Shown here one piece after another: positions 1 through 12,155 of a DNA stretch of 64,000 nucleotides. The stretch covers positions 4,303,392 to 4,367,391 of the forward strand of contig CM119264.1 of NCBI GenBank assembly GCA_051294375.1, read 5' to 3'. A model generated the notes under the pieces. It was not told where the DNA came from, ran no database searches, and was given only the letters and a program-made list of their open reading frames with translations. The position numbers and the translations under genes are program-made. Position 1 is the first letter of the stretch. Each line of letters begins with the position of its first letter. This DNA is from Paraspadella gotoi (taxonomy: Eukaryota > Animalia > Chaetognatha).

Positions 1-359
1 CTGCCATCTGCCATCTGCCATCTGCCAATTGAAACATGCCATTCACCCTTGCGACTCAAAACAGGCTATCCGGCTATCGACTTCTGCCAATTATGACATC
101 CCGTGTCAGGAGCCTGTTGCAGGTATTGAAAGAACAGAAACGTATATTTTTTGGTTGTATATATCACTTTTTTTTTTTATTTCGCAGTGCATTATTTAAG
201 TCGGTATACAGGGAATTTATTATGAAACCAGAGTGGTTTTATTCTCGGAAAATAAACAGTTTCAATAATTATAATTTATCTCTGTTTTATCGTAAATTTT
301 TGTTCTGTTAACAACTTTTCTCTCTCTAGATTTTCTTTGTCTCTTTCTCCCCTCCCCTC

Positions 360-394
<35 letters not shown>

Positions 395-1172
395 CTCAAA
401 CGACGGCAAACGACATATCGAAGGAGCGAAAGACAAAAACGAGAAATAACATTAAACGAGGAAAACATCAAAATAAAAAACACAAATCGACGAAAGAGAA
501 ATAACAACCGCAGCGCCGCCAAACGTCGGCTATCGGCGAAAAGGAGAAAATGACGAAGAACGAGCGAAGAAAAGAAACAAACAAAAGACGAAAAAGGCGC
601 ACGTGGTTCGGTAATGACGACGACAACTGATACGGAAAGAAAAACAACTGGTGATACAAATCTAACAAAATTGTAAATTCTTTAAACATATCTCCAAAAA
701 ATAGGAATCGAATTATAACAAAATTACGCCTCTTTTTATTTTTGGTATCAATTTGACACATATATGTGAGCGTCTGGTGTCTTTACGAAGTCAGTACTGA
801 TTTTTTTAATTTAAAAAAAAATGCTCTTTACACATTTACAGAAACTAACTGGCATAGTGTCATCACCCACAGTCTTTAACTGCCAATGCTACATGCTACC
901 ATTTCATTTTTTTTAATATTTGTAAAAAGTTTCCTTTTTTAGCGTAATTATTATTTTTTATTTCAGGCTAAATGTTTAAGTGCGGATCCTGGGGGAGAAG
1001 CTCTAATGGCGAGGTCAGTAGCAATCCGGACTAATTTCCGTTATAGAAATTGAAAAAACGCCAACAACAGTAGTTGGAATCAATCAATCAATCACTGAAT
1101 CAACAGCAGTTGCAATCAATCAATCAATGACTGAATCAACAGCAGTTGCAATCAGAGCTGCTATCACATCAC

Positions 1173-1373
1173 CTGCGTGGATCCACACGACCTTTTTCGT
1201 CCTATCTGCCGTCTCTCCGATCCTAACGCCTTTGATGTCGCGTCCCTCGTACGTCTTGCCGACGACGAATGTCGACGCCAATGACGGAAACTTCGTTGCA
1301 AGAGAATCCAACCAAGAGTGGATGTCGCCAAGTCGGGCGTAGCGACCCAGTGGGGTGGTGGAGGCGTAGGCTG
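1173..1373 (-). CDS. Carboxypeptidase exon encoding the start of the M14 catalytic domain, intact copy
   Basis: AAYASTTPLGRYARLGDIHSWLDSLATKFPSLASTFVVGKTYEGRDIKGVRIGETADRTKKVVWIHAG is a classic M14A N-terminus (GKTYEGR motif) stopping just before the expected IHAREW. NAGNAG acceptor (aag/cag), CAG|gtgatg donor. Downstream exons were not found in the window. Confidence 0.92.
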
Positions 1374-1908
1374 CTTGGGGAGGGTGGAGAGAGGGAGAAA
1401 GGGTGGACGATGAAAGGGTTGGTGGGTGGGCCAAAAGTAGGAGAACAACATTACCAAGAGAAATCTGAAATAATAATGATGCTACAAAAGCACGGAAGAA
1501 AAAGTGTGTTATATCATTGTTTACTTTTCGTCCCGAAATATATTCGGTCCTTGTTCCTTCCGCGAATTTTTTTTTTTTTTTAAGAGACTCGTGAGAAAAA
1601 AAAAAGTAAACATGCAAACCGCGAAATTTCAAAAAAACCCGCCCGCGGCTTCTCCTTCTGCCGCAGCCGCCGCCGCAACCGCCGCCGCAGCAACCGCCGC
1701 AGCAACCGCCGTCGCCCCCTTCGGCGAAGCACGAGAAAATGGCAACTTGTTTGGAAAATTGAAATTCTTCTCGAGCAAAGGATTGGAAATGAAATGAGGC
1801 GCCTCCACTTTGAGGGTTTGAGAGGAAAGAATGAGGGAGGGAGAAGAAGAAAGAGAGAGATAGAGAGAGAGAGGGATCGAGAAAGGGAGAGGCGGTAAAC
1901 GCGCTTAC

Positions 1909-1935
1909 CTTTCTCAAGTTTAGGCGCCGGTGACT
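1909..1935 (-). CDS. Putative carboxypeptidase linker micro-exon 4 (27 nt; second copy 7449-7475)
   Basis: ttaac branch-like motif plus ctcag acceptor; strong AAG|gtaagc donor; phase 1-1, (E)SPAPKLEK. Confidence 0.5.
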
Positions 1936-2760
1936 CTGAGGTAGGTTAATATCGCTGAGGCGCCGATAGAGGAGGAAAGAGACTAACTGGTAAGGCGGAG
2001 GCGTGTTGAGAAAGCGGTTGGTGTAAGTGAGAAAATTAGTTTGTGGTTTTTAATCTTTTCTTTATTATTTCATCTTTTATTTTCACGTTAAAAGTGTAAC
2101 TTGATTCTGATTCGTCGTCACTTCAACTCCTGATCGATGATCACTTATTCAACTACTTTTCTCTTCGAAATATGACTATGTATAGTTTTATTTTAAAAAT
2201 GGTATTTGCTAAACTACTATAACCGCGACACAACATTCTCCTCATGGGCATAATCTAAAAATAACATAAAATAATGGCTAAAGTCTAAAAAAGAAAAAAA
2301 AACGTCGCCTGGCAATTCACCCAGAATCTCGGTGGGCGAAGCCTTGGGTGACACTTCCGTGAAAAATTGAAGAATGTGAAGCGACGAAGATGTGAGAAAC
2401 TGTGAGACTTTCAGTAAATACTGAACCGCCTTTGTGATACTTCACATTTCAGATCAAAATCGGTACGTGGGAAGAATCACGGTTTGATCACCTGAAAAGG
2501 TGACTCGATGAGATCACCGAACTCAACTGATTCAGGACAAGCGAACCCAAGTTCTGTTTTTTTGGTTAGGATCAAAAAAAATATCAATTATTAATTTATT
2601 TTCATTTAGGTAAAAGGTTTGAATTTAAAAGTATCAAATTCCTAAGAGAAGAAACGATTAAGTTTCTATTTTTGAAAAAAAATGATTTTTGAAAAGTCGC
2701 AATTATTAAAAATTAAAACTTCGATCCCATTCAAANNNNNNNNNNNNNNNNNNNNNNNNN

Positions 2761-2915
2761 TGAAATTGGTACAACCAATATAAAATTATCGCATCCATTT
2801 AATAAATAAGCTATCTGGTCCCTGACTTTTTGAACAGGCTTGGTGGTTTAAGGCAAGCTTTAATCAAGCTCTCTTCACCAGACTTGTTTATTCACTCCCA
2901 TAGTGAACCTGGCTC
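2761..2915 (+). repeat. Short dispersed repeat family member (related copies ~25320-25480 +, ~45270-45480 -, ~61215-61440 -)
   Basis: Shared words gaaattggtacaaccaat, aataagctatct, ggtggtttaaggc, aatcaag(a)ctct, tttattcactccca, gaacctggct in both orientations. Confidence 0.65.
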
Positions 2916-3498
2916 CATATTATTCATCATATATTGCAAACCAGATGATACATAGCTAATTTAAAATTCGTGAATATGTATCTTGGTTATCAATCAACCT
3001 ATAAAACCTACATAAAATTAAAACAAATGGTTCAATTAGATACCAGGTTTTTCTACCACCTGAAATTGCAACATCTAATCGCCTTCGCATAGAGCCAATT
3101 CTGCCTAATCAAATTCCCTTTGCTCTTCCGCGCTGCGTAATTCCTTTACGCTCTGCGCGCTGAGAAACCCAGGTTTACTGACACCCTGCTAGGTCAGCTA
3201 TTCAAAACTCAAGTGAATCAATCAATGCGAACGACTTCGTCTCCATGCCTTTGCTGCTGTCTAGCCTGAGCCATGTCTTCCATGCCTTTACCCTCCCTCC
3301 CATGCATGTCCTCCGTCTCCCATGCCTTTTCCTCCGCCTCCCATGCTTGCGCCCCTGTCTTCCATGCCTTCCTGTTTCTTCAGTCCTCGGAAACCCGATT
3401 AAAGCTGGAGGCCCTCGACCGCCTCCAGCAAATCGCTCTTTTTATCGAATCGTCTTCTTCTCTAACTCGTTTTAAGCCTCAGAGCCACAAATGTCTCT

Positions 3499-3583
<85 letters not shown>

Positions 3584-4209
3584 ATTGTAGGCAAATACGG
3601 ACGTAATCAAATGACCTCAATTAACTTTCAAAAACAGGTCATGACCCGGATGCTCATTGAGTAATTCCATCAGCTCATATTCATTAGGTACCGGGATCGA
3701 TACCCAATGGTACCTTCCCTGTGGAAAGCGTTAGGACCACTTGGGGTCTGAAAATTCTACCACCTGAAATTGCAACATCTAATCGCCTTCGCATAAGAGC
3801 CAATTCTGCCTTAATCAAATTCCCTTTGCTCTTCCGCGCTGCGTAATTCCTTTACGCTCTGCGCGCTGAGAAACCCAGGTTTACTGACACCCTGCTAGGT
3901 CAGCTATTCAAAACTCACAGTGAATCAATCAATGCGAACGACTTCGTCTCCCATGCCTTTGCCTGAGCCATTGTCTTCCATGCCTTTACCCCTCCCATGC
4001 ATGTCCTCCGTCTCCCATGCCTTTTCCTCCGCCTCCCATGCTTGCGCCCCTGTCTTCCATGCCTTCCTGTTTCTTCAGTCCTCGGAAACCCGATTAAAGC
4101 TGGAGGCCCTCGACCGCCTCCAGCAAATCGCTCTTTTTATCGAATCGTCTTCTTCTCTAACTCGTTTTAAGCCTCAGAGCCACAAATGTCTCTTCTCTCT
4201 CTCTCTCTC

Positions 4210-4259
<50 letters not shown>

Positions 4260-5177
4260 TAATTGTAGGCAAATAGGACTAATAAATGACCTCAATTAAC
4301 TTTCAAAAACAGGTCATGACCCGGATGCTCATTGAGTAATTCCATCAGCTCATATTCATTAGGTACCGGGATCGATACCCAATGGTACCTTCCCTGTGGA
4401 AAGCGTTAGGACCACCTTGGGGTCTGAAAAACCCCCAAGTCGGGTGTCAAGCCCAGGTCCCGATCCATGGCTGCAAGAGTGGGTTTAAAAAAGAAGCAAA
4501 ATGTTCCCTTTCAATTTTCATTTCCACCTCGCCCCCCCCTTCCCTCACCCTTGGAAATAAACCCTTCCCCTTCAGTTCCGCCCCACCCTCCCACCTCATG
4601 CAGTGTTTCCCCCCCCCCAAACGCCGCATCAAAGGTCAGAGCCGCCAGGAATTCTTCTCTTTTAGAATCTGGTCTACCTTTACTCCAAACTTAGGTTCCA
4701 CTTCGGTTCAGACCTTTTCTCTTCACTTTGGCTCCAACCACAATACTACTTGGGTTACATCCCAGTTTCTTTACGGTTTTACCTCAGGTTCAGATTTGCT
4801 ACTGAACTTTGGTTTTATTTTTAAAAACTTAAACTCAAGTCTCACTTTCGTTCTAGTTTTGTTAAATTTTGATCTCATGACGTTTAATTTAATTTCATTA
4901 ATTCACCCATTCATTCATTCATTCATTCAATCTTTCATTTATTTATTCATACATTAATTCCCTCTATCTGGCTTTCCCTCCCAGCATTAAAACGAGTTTC
5001 CGACCGAGGCTCACTCCAAGGTTCCATCCTAGGTTCCAACCTAGTTTTTATCCTAGGTTCCATTCCTGATTTCTATCCGAGGTTTCGTCCCCCTCTCGCC
5101 CTCGGTTCCGCGGCGTCTGCCTCGCGTTCCGCTTAATTGCGAGTCGCGACCGTCGAAGACCCGCGGAAATGAGTTAC

Positions 5178-5228
5178 CTTGTTCCATTTGTGACCTTTCT
5201 TGTACTTTCCCTCCCGACGGGCGATCGC
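5178..5228 (-). CDS. Putative carboxypeptidase linker exon 3 (51 nt; second copy 9838-9887)
   Basis: Pyrimidine tract plus cccag acceptor, AAG|gtaact donor, length a multiple of 3, open in phase 1: (G)DRPSGGKVQERSQMEQ. Confidence 0.55.
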
Positions 5229-5236
5229 CTGGGAGG

Positions 5237-5286
<50 letters not shown>

Positions 5287-5366
5287 AAGAGAGACAGAAG
5301 AGACCCCGAGGGACAGACAGACAGACACAATGAATGTCAGACAGACACGCAGACGGACATACCGAC

Positions 5367-5513
5367 CTGCGGCTTCGTTTTCCGCCCTCTCGGCCTCGAT
5401 GGCTTCCTGCACGTCTTCTATCATCACCCTGTAGCCGGAATAACCGAGTGACTCGAAAAAAGTGGGAAACTTTTTCTGAATCGAAGGCGAAAGTCGAATG
5501 TGAACAGGAAATC
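5367..5513 (-). CDS. Carboxypeptidase exon 2 (rest of activation peptide), intact copy
   Basis: ttttctcag acceptor; 147 nt, phase 1-1; (G)FPVHIRLSPSIQKKFPTFFESLGYSGYRVMIEDVQEAIEAERAENEAA, the typical end of an M14 propeptide. Donor AG|gtcggt (an alternative gtatgt lies 4 nt downstream). Confidence 0.85.
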
Positions 5514-6712
5514 CTGAGAAAAAGTCAAATGAATTCAAATTTAATTTATTCTCGAGATTCTGGGCATCGCAATCAATCACCTTTAAAGTTGTGAGATTGT
5601 AAGATTTGAAATTGAAGGTCTCTCTCTCTCTCTCTCTCTCNNNNNNNNNNNNNNNNNNNNNNNNNGAGCCTTATATATGGTTGTATATATCACTTTTTTT
5701 TTTTATTTCGCCAGTGCATTATTTAAGTCGATATACAGGGAATTTATTATGAAACCAGAGGGGTTTTATTCTCGGAAAAAAAACAGTTTCATAATTATAA
5801 TTTATCTCTGTTTTATCGAAAATTTTTGTTCTGTTAAACAACTTTTCTCTCTCTAGATTTTTTTGTCTCTTTCTCCCCCCTTTCTTTTCCCATCTCTGTC
5901 TCCCCTCACGACGAACGACGACGACGACACGACGACACGCAATAACGACGGCAAACGACATATCGAAGGAGCGAAAGACAGAAAACGAGAAATAACATTA
6001 AACGAGGAAACATCCAAATAAAAAACACAAATCGACGAAAGAGAAATAACAACCGCAGCGCCGCCAAACGTCGGCTATCGGCGAAAAGGAGAAAATGACG
6101 AAGAACAGCAAGAAAAGAAACAACAAAAGACAAAAAAAGGCCACGTGGTTCTGTAAGACGACGACAACTGATAACGGAAAGGAAAACAACTGGTGATACA
6201 AATTCTAACAAAAATTGTAAATTCTGTTAACATATCTCCAAAAAATAGAAATCGAATAATATAAAAAATTACGCCTCTTTTATTTTGGTATCAATTTGAC
6301 ACATATATAGTGAGCGTCTGGTGTCTTTACGAGAGTCAGTACTGATTTTTTTAATTTAAATAAATGCTCTTTACACATTACAGAAACTAACTGGCATAGT
6401 GTCATCACCACAGTCTTTAAACTGGCCAATGCTACATGCTACCATTTCATGTTTTTATTTTGTTAAAAAGTTTTCCTTTTTTAGCGTAATTATTATTTTT
6501 TATTTCAGGCTAAATGTTTAAGTGCGGATCCTGGGGGAGAAAGCCTCTTAATGGCGAGGTCAGTAGCAATCCGACTAATTTCCGTTAAGAAATTGAAAAC
6601 GCCTACAACAGTAGTTGAATCAATCAATCAATCACTGAAATCACAGCCATGTTGCAATCAATCAATCAATGACTGAATCAACAGCAGTTGCAATCAGGCT
6701 GCATCACGACAC

Positions 6713-6913
6713 CTGACGTGGATCCACCACGACCTTTTTCGTCCTATCTGCCGTCTCTCCGATCCTAACGCCTTTGATGTCGCGTCCCTCGTACGTCTTG
6801 CGACGACGATGTCGACGACCAACGACGGAAACTTCGTGCAAGAGAATCCAACCAAAGTGGATGTCGCCAAGTCGGGCGTGCGACCCAGGTGGTGGTGTGG
6901 AGGCGTAGGGCTG
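6713..6913 (-). pseudogene. Frameshifted second copy of the carboxypeptidase catalytic-domain exon (probably noisy read)
   Basis: Same sequence as 1173-1373 with several 1-nt indels; KTYEGRDIKGVRIGETADRTKKVV is still readable. Confidence 0.7.
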
Positions 6914-7157
6914 CTTGGGAGGGTGGAGAGAGGGAGAAAGGGTGGACGATGAAAGGGTTGGTGGGTGGGCCAAAAGTAGGAGAACAACATTACCAAGAGA
7001 ATCTGAAACAATAATGATGCTACAAAAGCACGGAAGAAAAAGTGTGTTATATCATTGTTTACTTTTCGTCCCGAAATATATTCGCGTCTTGTTCCTTCCG
7101 CGAATTTTTTTTTTTTTTTAAGAGACTCGTGAGAAAAAAAAAAGTAAACATGCAAAC

Positions 7158-7346
7158 CGCGAAATTTCAAAAAAACCGCGCCCCGCGCTTCTCCTTCTGC
7201 CGCAGCCGCCGCCGCAAACGCCGCCGCAGCAACCGCCGCAGCAACCGCCGTCGCCCCCTTCGGCGAAGCACGAGAAAATGGCAACTTGTTTGGAAAATTG
7301 AAATTCTTCTCGAGCAAAGGATTGGAAATGAAATGAGGCGCCTCTA
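7158..7346 (-). CDS. Putative carboxypeptidase Ala-rich linker exon 5 (189 nt; other copy 1620-1807 is 1 nt short)
   Basis: ctcaaag acceptor, G|gtttgc donor, open in phase 1: (V)EAPHFISNPLLEKNFNFPNKLPFSRASPKGATAVAAAVAAAAFAAAAAAEGEARGAVFLKFR. The terminal R sits just before the mature-domain exon. Confidence 0.5.
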
Positions 7347-8852
7347 CTTTGAGGGTTTGAGAGGGAAAGACATGAGGGAGGGAGAAGAAGAAAGAGAGAG
7401 ATAGAGAGATAGAGGGATCGAGAAAGGGAGAGCGGTAAACGCGCTTACCTTTCTCAAGTTTAGGCGCCGGTGACTCTGAGGTAGGTTAATATCGCTGAGG
7501 CGCCGATAGAGGAGGAAAGAGACTAACTGGTAAGGCGGAGCGTGTTGAGAAAGCGGTTGGTGTAAGTGAGAAAATTAGTTTGTGGTTTTTAATCTTTTCT
7601 TTATTTTTTATCTTTTATTTTCACGTTAAAAGTGTAACTTGATTCTGATTCGTCGTCACTTCAACTCCTGATCGATGATCACTTATTCAACTACTTTTCT
7701 CTTCGAAATATGACTATGTATAGTTTTATTTTAAAAAATGGTATTTGCTAAACTACTATAACCGCGACACAACATTCTCCTCATGGGCATAATCTAAAAA
7801 TAACATAAAATAATGGCTAAAGTCTAAAAAAGAAAAAAAAAACGTCGCCTGGCAATTCACCAGAATCTCGGTGGGCGAAGCCTTGGGTGACCACTTCCGT
7901 GAAAAATTGAAGAATGTGAAGCGACGAAGATGTGAGAAACTGTGAGACTTTCAGTAAATACTGAAACCGCCTTTGTGATACTTCACATTTCAGATCAAAA
8001 TCGGTACGTGGGAAGAATCACGGTTTGATCACCTGAAAAAGGTGACTCGATGAGATCACGAACTCAACTGATTCAGGACAAGCGAACCCAAGTTCTGTTT
8101 TTTTGGTTGGATCAAAAAAAATATCAATTATTAATTTTTTTCATTTAGGTAAAAGGTTTGAATTAAATATCAAATTCCTAAGAGAAGAAACGATTAAGTT
8201 TCTATTTTTGAAAAAAAAATGATTTTTGAAAAGTCCGCAATTATTAAAAATTAAAACTTCGATCCCATTTCAAATATTATTCAACATATATTGCCAATAC
8301 CAGATGATACATAGCTAATTTAAAATTCGTGAATATGTATCTTGGTTATCAATCAACCCTATAAAACCTACATAAAATTAAAACAAATGGTTCAATTAGA
8401 TACCAGGTTTTTCTACCACCTGAAATTGCAACATCTAATCGCCTTCGCATAAGAGCCAATTCTGCCTTAATCAAATTCCCTTTGCTCTTCCGCGCTGCGT
8501 AATTCCTTTACGCTCTGCGCGCTGAGAAACCCAGGTTTACTGACACCCTGCTAGGTCAGCCTATTCAAAACTCACAGTGAATCAATCAATGCGAACGACT
8601 TCGTCTCCCATGCCTTTGCCTGAGCCATTGTCTTCCATGCCTTTACCCCTCCCATGCATGTCCTCCGTCTCCATGCCTTTTCCTCCGCCTCCCATGCTTG
8701 CGCCCCTGTCTTCCATGCCTTCCTGTTTCTTCAGTCCTCGGAAACCCGATTAAAGCTGGAGGCCCTCGACCGCCTCCAGCAAATTCGCTCTTTTTATCGA
8801 ATCGTCTTCTTCTCTAACTCGTTTTAAGCCTCAGAGCGCACAAACTGTCTCT

Positions 8853-8916
<64 letters not shown>

Positions 8917-9894
8917 ATTGTAGGCAAATACGGACCGTAATCAAAATGACCTCAATTAACTTTCAAAAACAGGTCATGACCCGGATGCTCATTGAGTAAT
9001 TCCATCAGCTCATATTCATTAGGTACCGGGATCGATACCCAATGGTACCTTCCCTGTGGAAAGCGTTAGGACCACCTTGGGGTCTGAAAAACCCCCAAGT
9101 CGGGTGTCAAGCCCAGGTCCGATCCATGGCTGCAAGAGTGGGTTTTAAAAAAGAAGCCAAAATGTTCCCTTTCAATTTTTCATTTCCACCTCGCCCCCCC
9201 CCTCCCCTCACCCTTGGGAAATAACAACCCTTCCCCTTCAGTTCGCCCCACCCTCCCACCTCATGCAGTGTTTCCCCCCCCAAACGCCGCATCAAAGGTC
9301 AGAGCCGCCAGGAATTCTTCTCTTTTAGAAATCTGGTCTACCTTTACTCCAAACTTAGGTTCCACTTCGGTTCAGACCTTTTCTCTTCACTTTGGCTCCA
9401 ACCACAATACTACTTGGGTTACATCCCAGTTTCTTTACGGTTTTACCTCGGTACAGATTTGCACTGAACTTTGGTTTATTATTTTAAAAACTTAGAACTC
9501 AAGTCTCACTTTCGTTCTAGTTTTGTTAAATTTTGATCTCATGACGTTTTAATTTAATTTCATTAATCACCCATTCATTCCATTCATTCAATCTTTCATT
9601 TATATTCATTCATACATTAATTCCCTCTATCTGGCTTTCCCTCCCAGCATTTAAAACGAGTTTCCGACCGAGGCTCACTCCAAGGTTCCATCCTAGGTTC
9701 CAACCTAGTTTTTATCTAGGTTCCATTCCTGATTTCTATCCGAGGTTTCGTCCCCCTCTCGCCCTCGGTTCGCGGCGTCTGCCTCGCGTTCCGCTTAATG
9801 CGAGTCGCGACCGTCGAAGACCCCGGAAATGAGTTACCTTGTTCCATTTGTGACCTTTCTTGTACTTTCCCTCCGACGGGCGATCGCCTGGGAG

Positions 9895-9956
<62 letters not shown>

Positions 9957-10034
9957 AGACAAGAGAAGAGACCCCGAGGGACAGACAGACAGACACAATG
10001 AATGTCAGACAGACACGCAGACGGACATACCGAC

Positions 10035-10183
10035 CTGCGGCTTCGTTTTCCGCCCTCTCGGCCTCGATGGCTTCCTGCACGTCTTCTATCATCACCCTGT
10101 AGCCGGAATAGCCGAGTGACTCGAAAAAAGTGGGAAACTTTTTCTGAATCGAAGGCGAAAGTCGAATGTGAACAAGGAAATTC
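10035..10183 (-). CDS. Carboxypeptidase exon 2, second copy with indels
   Basis: Near-identical to 5367-5513 but with extra bases near the acceptor (GAATTTCCTTG versus GATTTCCTG), likely read error. Confidence 0.75.
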
Positions 10184-10299
10184 CTGAGAAAAAGTCAAAT
10201 GAATTCAAATTTAATTTATTCTCGAGATTCTGGGCATCGCAATCAATCACCTTTAAAGTTGTGAGATTGTAAGATTTGAAATTGAAGGTCTCTCTCTCT

Positions 10300-10356
<57 letters not shown>

Positions 10357-10390
10357 CTTATCTACATTCTTATCCTCACCCAGAACTCAC

Positions 10391-10592
10391 CCACTCCCCT
10401 CGGCTCCGTCCAAAAATCCATCTCCTCCTCCTTTATCCTCATTTCTCTCAACTTCTCAAGTTGTTGTTTTGTTTCGGGAGCGAAGGAGATGACCCGGTGG
10501 CCGGTGTAGTCGACTCTGTCGTCAGCGCCTCTCACGGCGAGGAGCGACATCGTCGCCGCCAAACAATAACAAAGAAGCATCGCCGTTCCCAT
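10391..10592 (-). CDS. M14A zinc metallocarboxypeptidase (CPA/CPB-like), exon 1: signal peptide and start of activation peptide
   Basis: ATG at 10592. Translation MGTAMLLCYCLAATMSLLAVRGA-DDRVDYTGHRVISFAPETKQQLEKLREM...MDFWTEPRGVG matches the pro-carboxypeptidase pattern (YxGxxV...DFW). Ends at a phase-1 G|gtgagt donor at 10390. Confidence 0.9.
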
Positions 10593-10806
10593 GAAGCGGT
10601 AGGGATTTCTTTTTTATTTCTATTTTTTTAGTAATTATTTTTTTTATTATTTATTTAGAGAAAGTAGCGAAATTAGAGGATATAGAAAAAGATGGTAATG
10701 AGAGAGAGACACACAGAGAGAGAGAGAGGTAAAAAAGACCTCCACAGTCTTAATGAATTTTTTTATCTGCGAAGTTCATAATCAAATTGGAAAAATCAAT
10801 TTCCAA

Positions 10807-10843
<37 letters not shown>

Positions 10844-11671
10844 ATTTTTCGTTTTCATCGTCGACATTGTCGTCGTTATCATTGTCATCTTCTTTGTCGT
10901 TGTCGTTAGCATCGTCGGCATCCTCCGGATCATTGCCCCTGTCATTGATGTCATCACGTCGTTGTCCTTTATGTCGCGGTGTAGTTTTCTTTGTCATTGC
11001 CATCTTCGTCATCGTCTTCGTCGTCCGCAAAGTCGTCATTGTCATCGTCGTCGTCTTCGTCGTCATCATCGTCGTCATCATCGTCGTCGTCGTCTGTTCA
11101 TTCGTTTTCCTTATCTCCCCAACGAATCACATTAGCCGCAAATTTATGCCTTTTTAAGAGTCGGGTTTCGTCGTTCCCTTCGTTGGCCAAGTACAGGCGG
11201 AGAGAAAAAAAACACACAATAAAGGGTCCAACGTATTTGACGGGTTTATTGTTTCCCGCCACAGGTTTGTTCTAAAGTAGCATATTCTGGTCTCAGTCAC
11301 AAAAGAGACAAAATAAAAGCTAAATATCAACAACGTTGAGTGATCAGTTGTAAACGGGATCGTCTGTAAACTGAGAGGAACAATTTTTTTATCTTTAATT
11401 GGAAATTAAAAATAATTAAAAACGTTTTGAGTTAATTTTGGATAAAAATTTTATTGTGTGAAATCTCGTCTGGAACAGCGAGGTGCGAAGATTCGAATGG
11501 GAAGATAGACAACGACGACGACGACGACAACGACGACGACGACGACGACGACACGACGATAATAATAACGATGAAGATTATCACAAGAAAAACGAGGAAC
11601 AACAATATATAACAATAATAATAAATAATAAGAATAAACAGAGTTAACATGGACTAGGGTTTAATTATTTT

Positions 11672-11793
11672 TCATTAATTTATATATAAAAAAAACAGTT
11701 ATGACGGTCTAGAAATGTCAGAACTCTGATAAAATTAATTTATATAAAAAAAACAGTTATGACGGTCTAGGTATGTCAGAACTCTGATAAAAT
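11672..11793. repeat. Two-copy ~60-bp tandem repeat
   Basis: attaatttatat...aaaaaaacagttatgacggtctag..atgtcagaactctgataaa occurs twice. Confidence 0.85.
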
Positions 11794-11933
11794 TTTCGAG
11801 ACTGGATCAAAAAATGATATTTTAATGAGGAAGGTCGATGCCCGAAGATGATGACGACGACGACGACGACCAGGAAAACGTCAAAGACAACAACAACGAC
11901 GACAACGACTACGGAAAGGCAATTAGTGAGCTT

Positions 11934-11964
<31 letters not shown>

Positions 11965-12124
11965 CATGAATAGGAAGAAGACAAAGCGAATGATAATAAG
12001 TTTTTTAATAACCTCACGAAAAAGACGACTGAAACAACAACGAGAAAGTTACGATGACCAAGACGACAACGAAGACAAAAACGATGACGACGACGACGAC
12101 GACGACTCAATGACTTCAAAAACG

Positions 12125-12155
<31 letters not shown>

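Larger units (their letters stand above)
153..10350. repeat. ~5.5-kb tandem duplication (about 153-5640 versus 5678-10350), with an extra internal ~700-bp duplication (about 3052-3755 versus 3756-4430)
   Basis: Colinear near-identity by eye, differences mostly 1-nt indels, copies separated by a 25-N gap at 5641-5665. Confidence 0.9.

Noticed and set aside
964-988. Next carboxypeptidase exon at cccccag|GATCC
   Set aside because: Reads GSALKHLA* rather than the expected GIHAREW; the true exon is probably left of the window.
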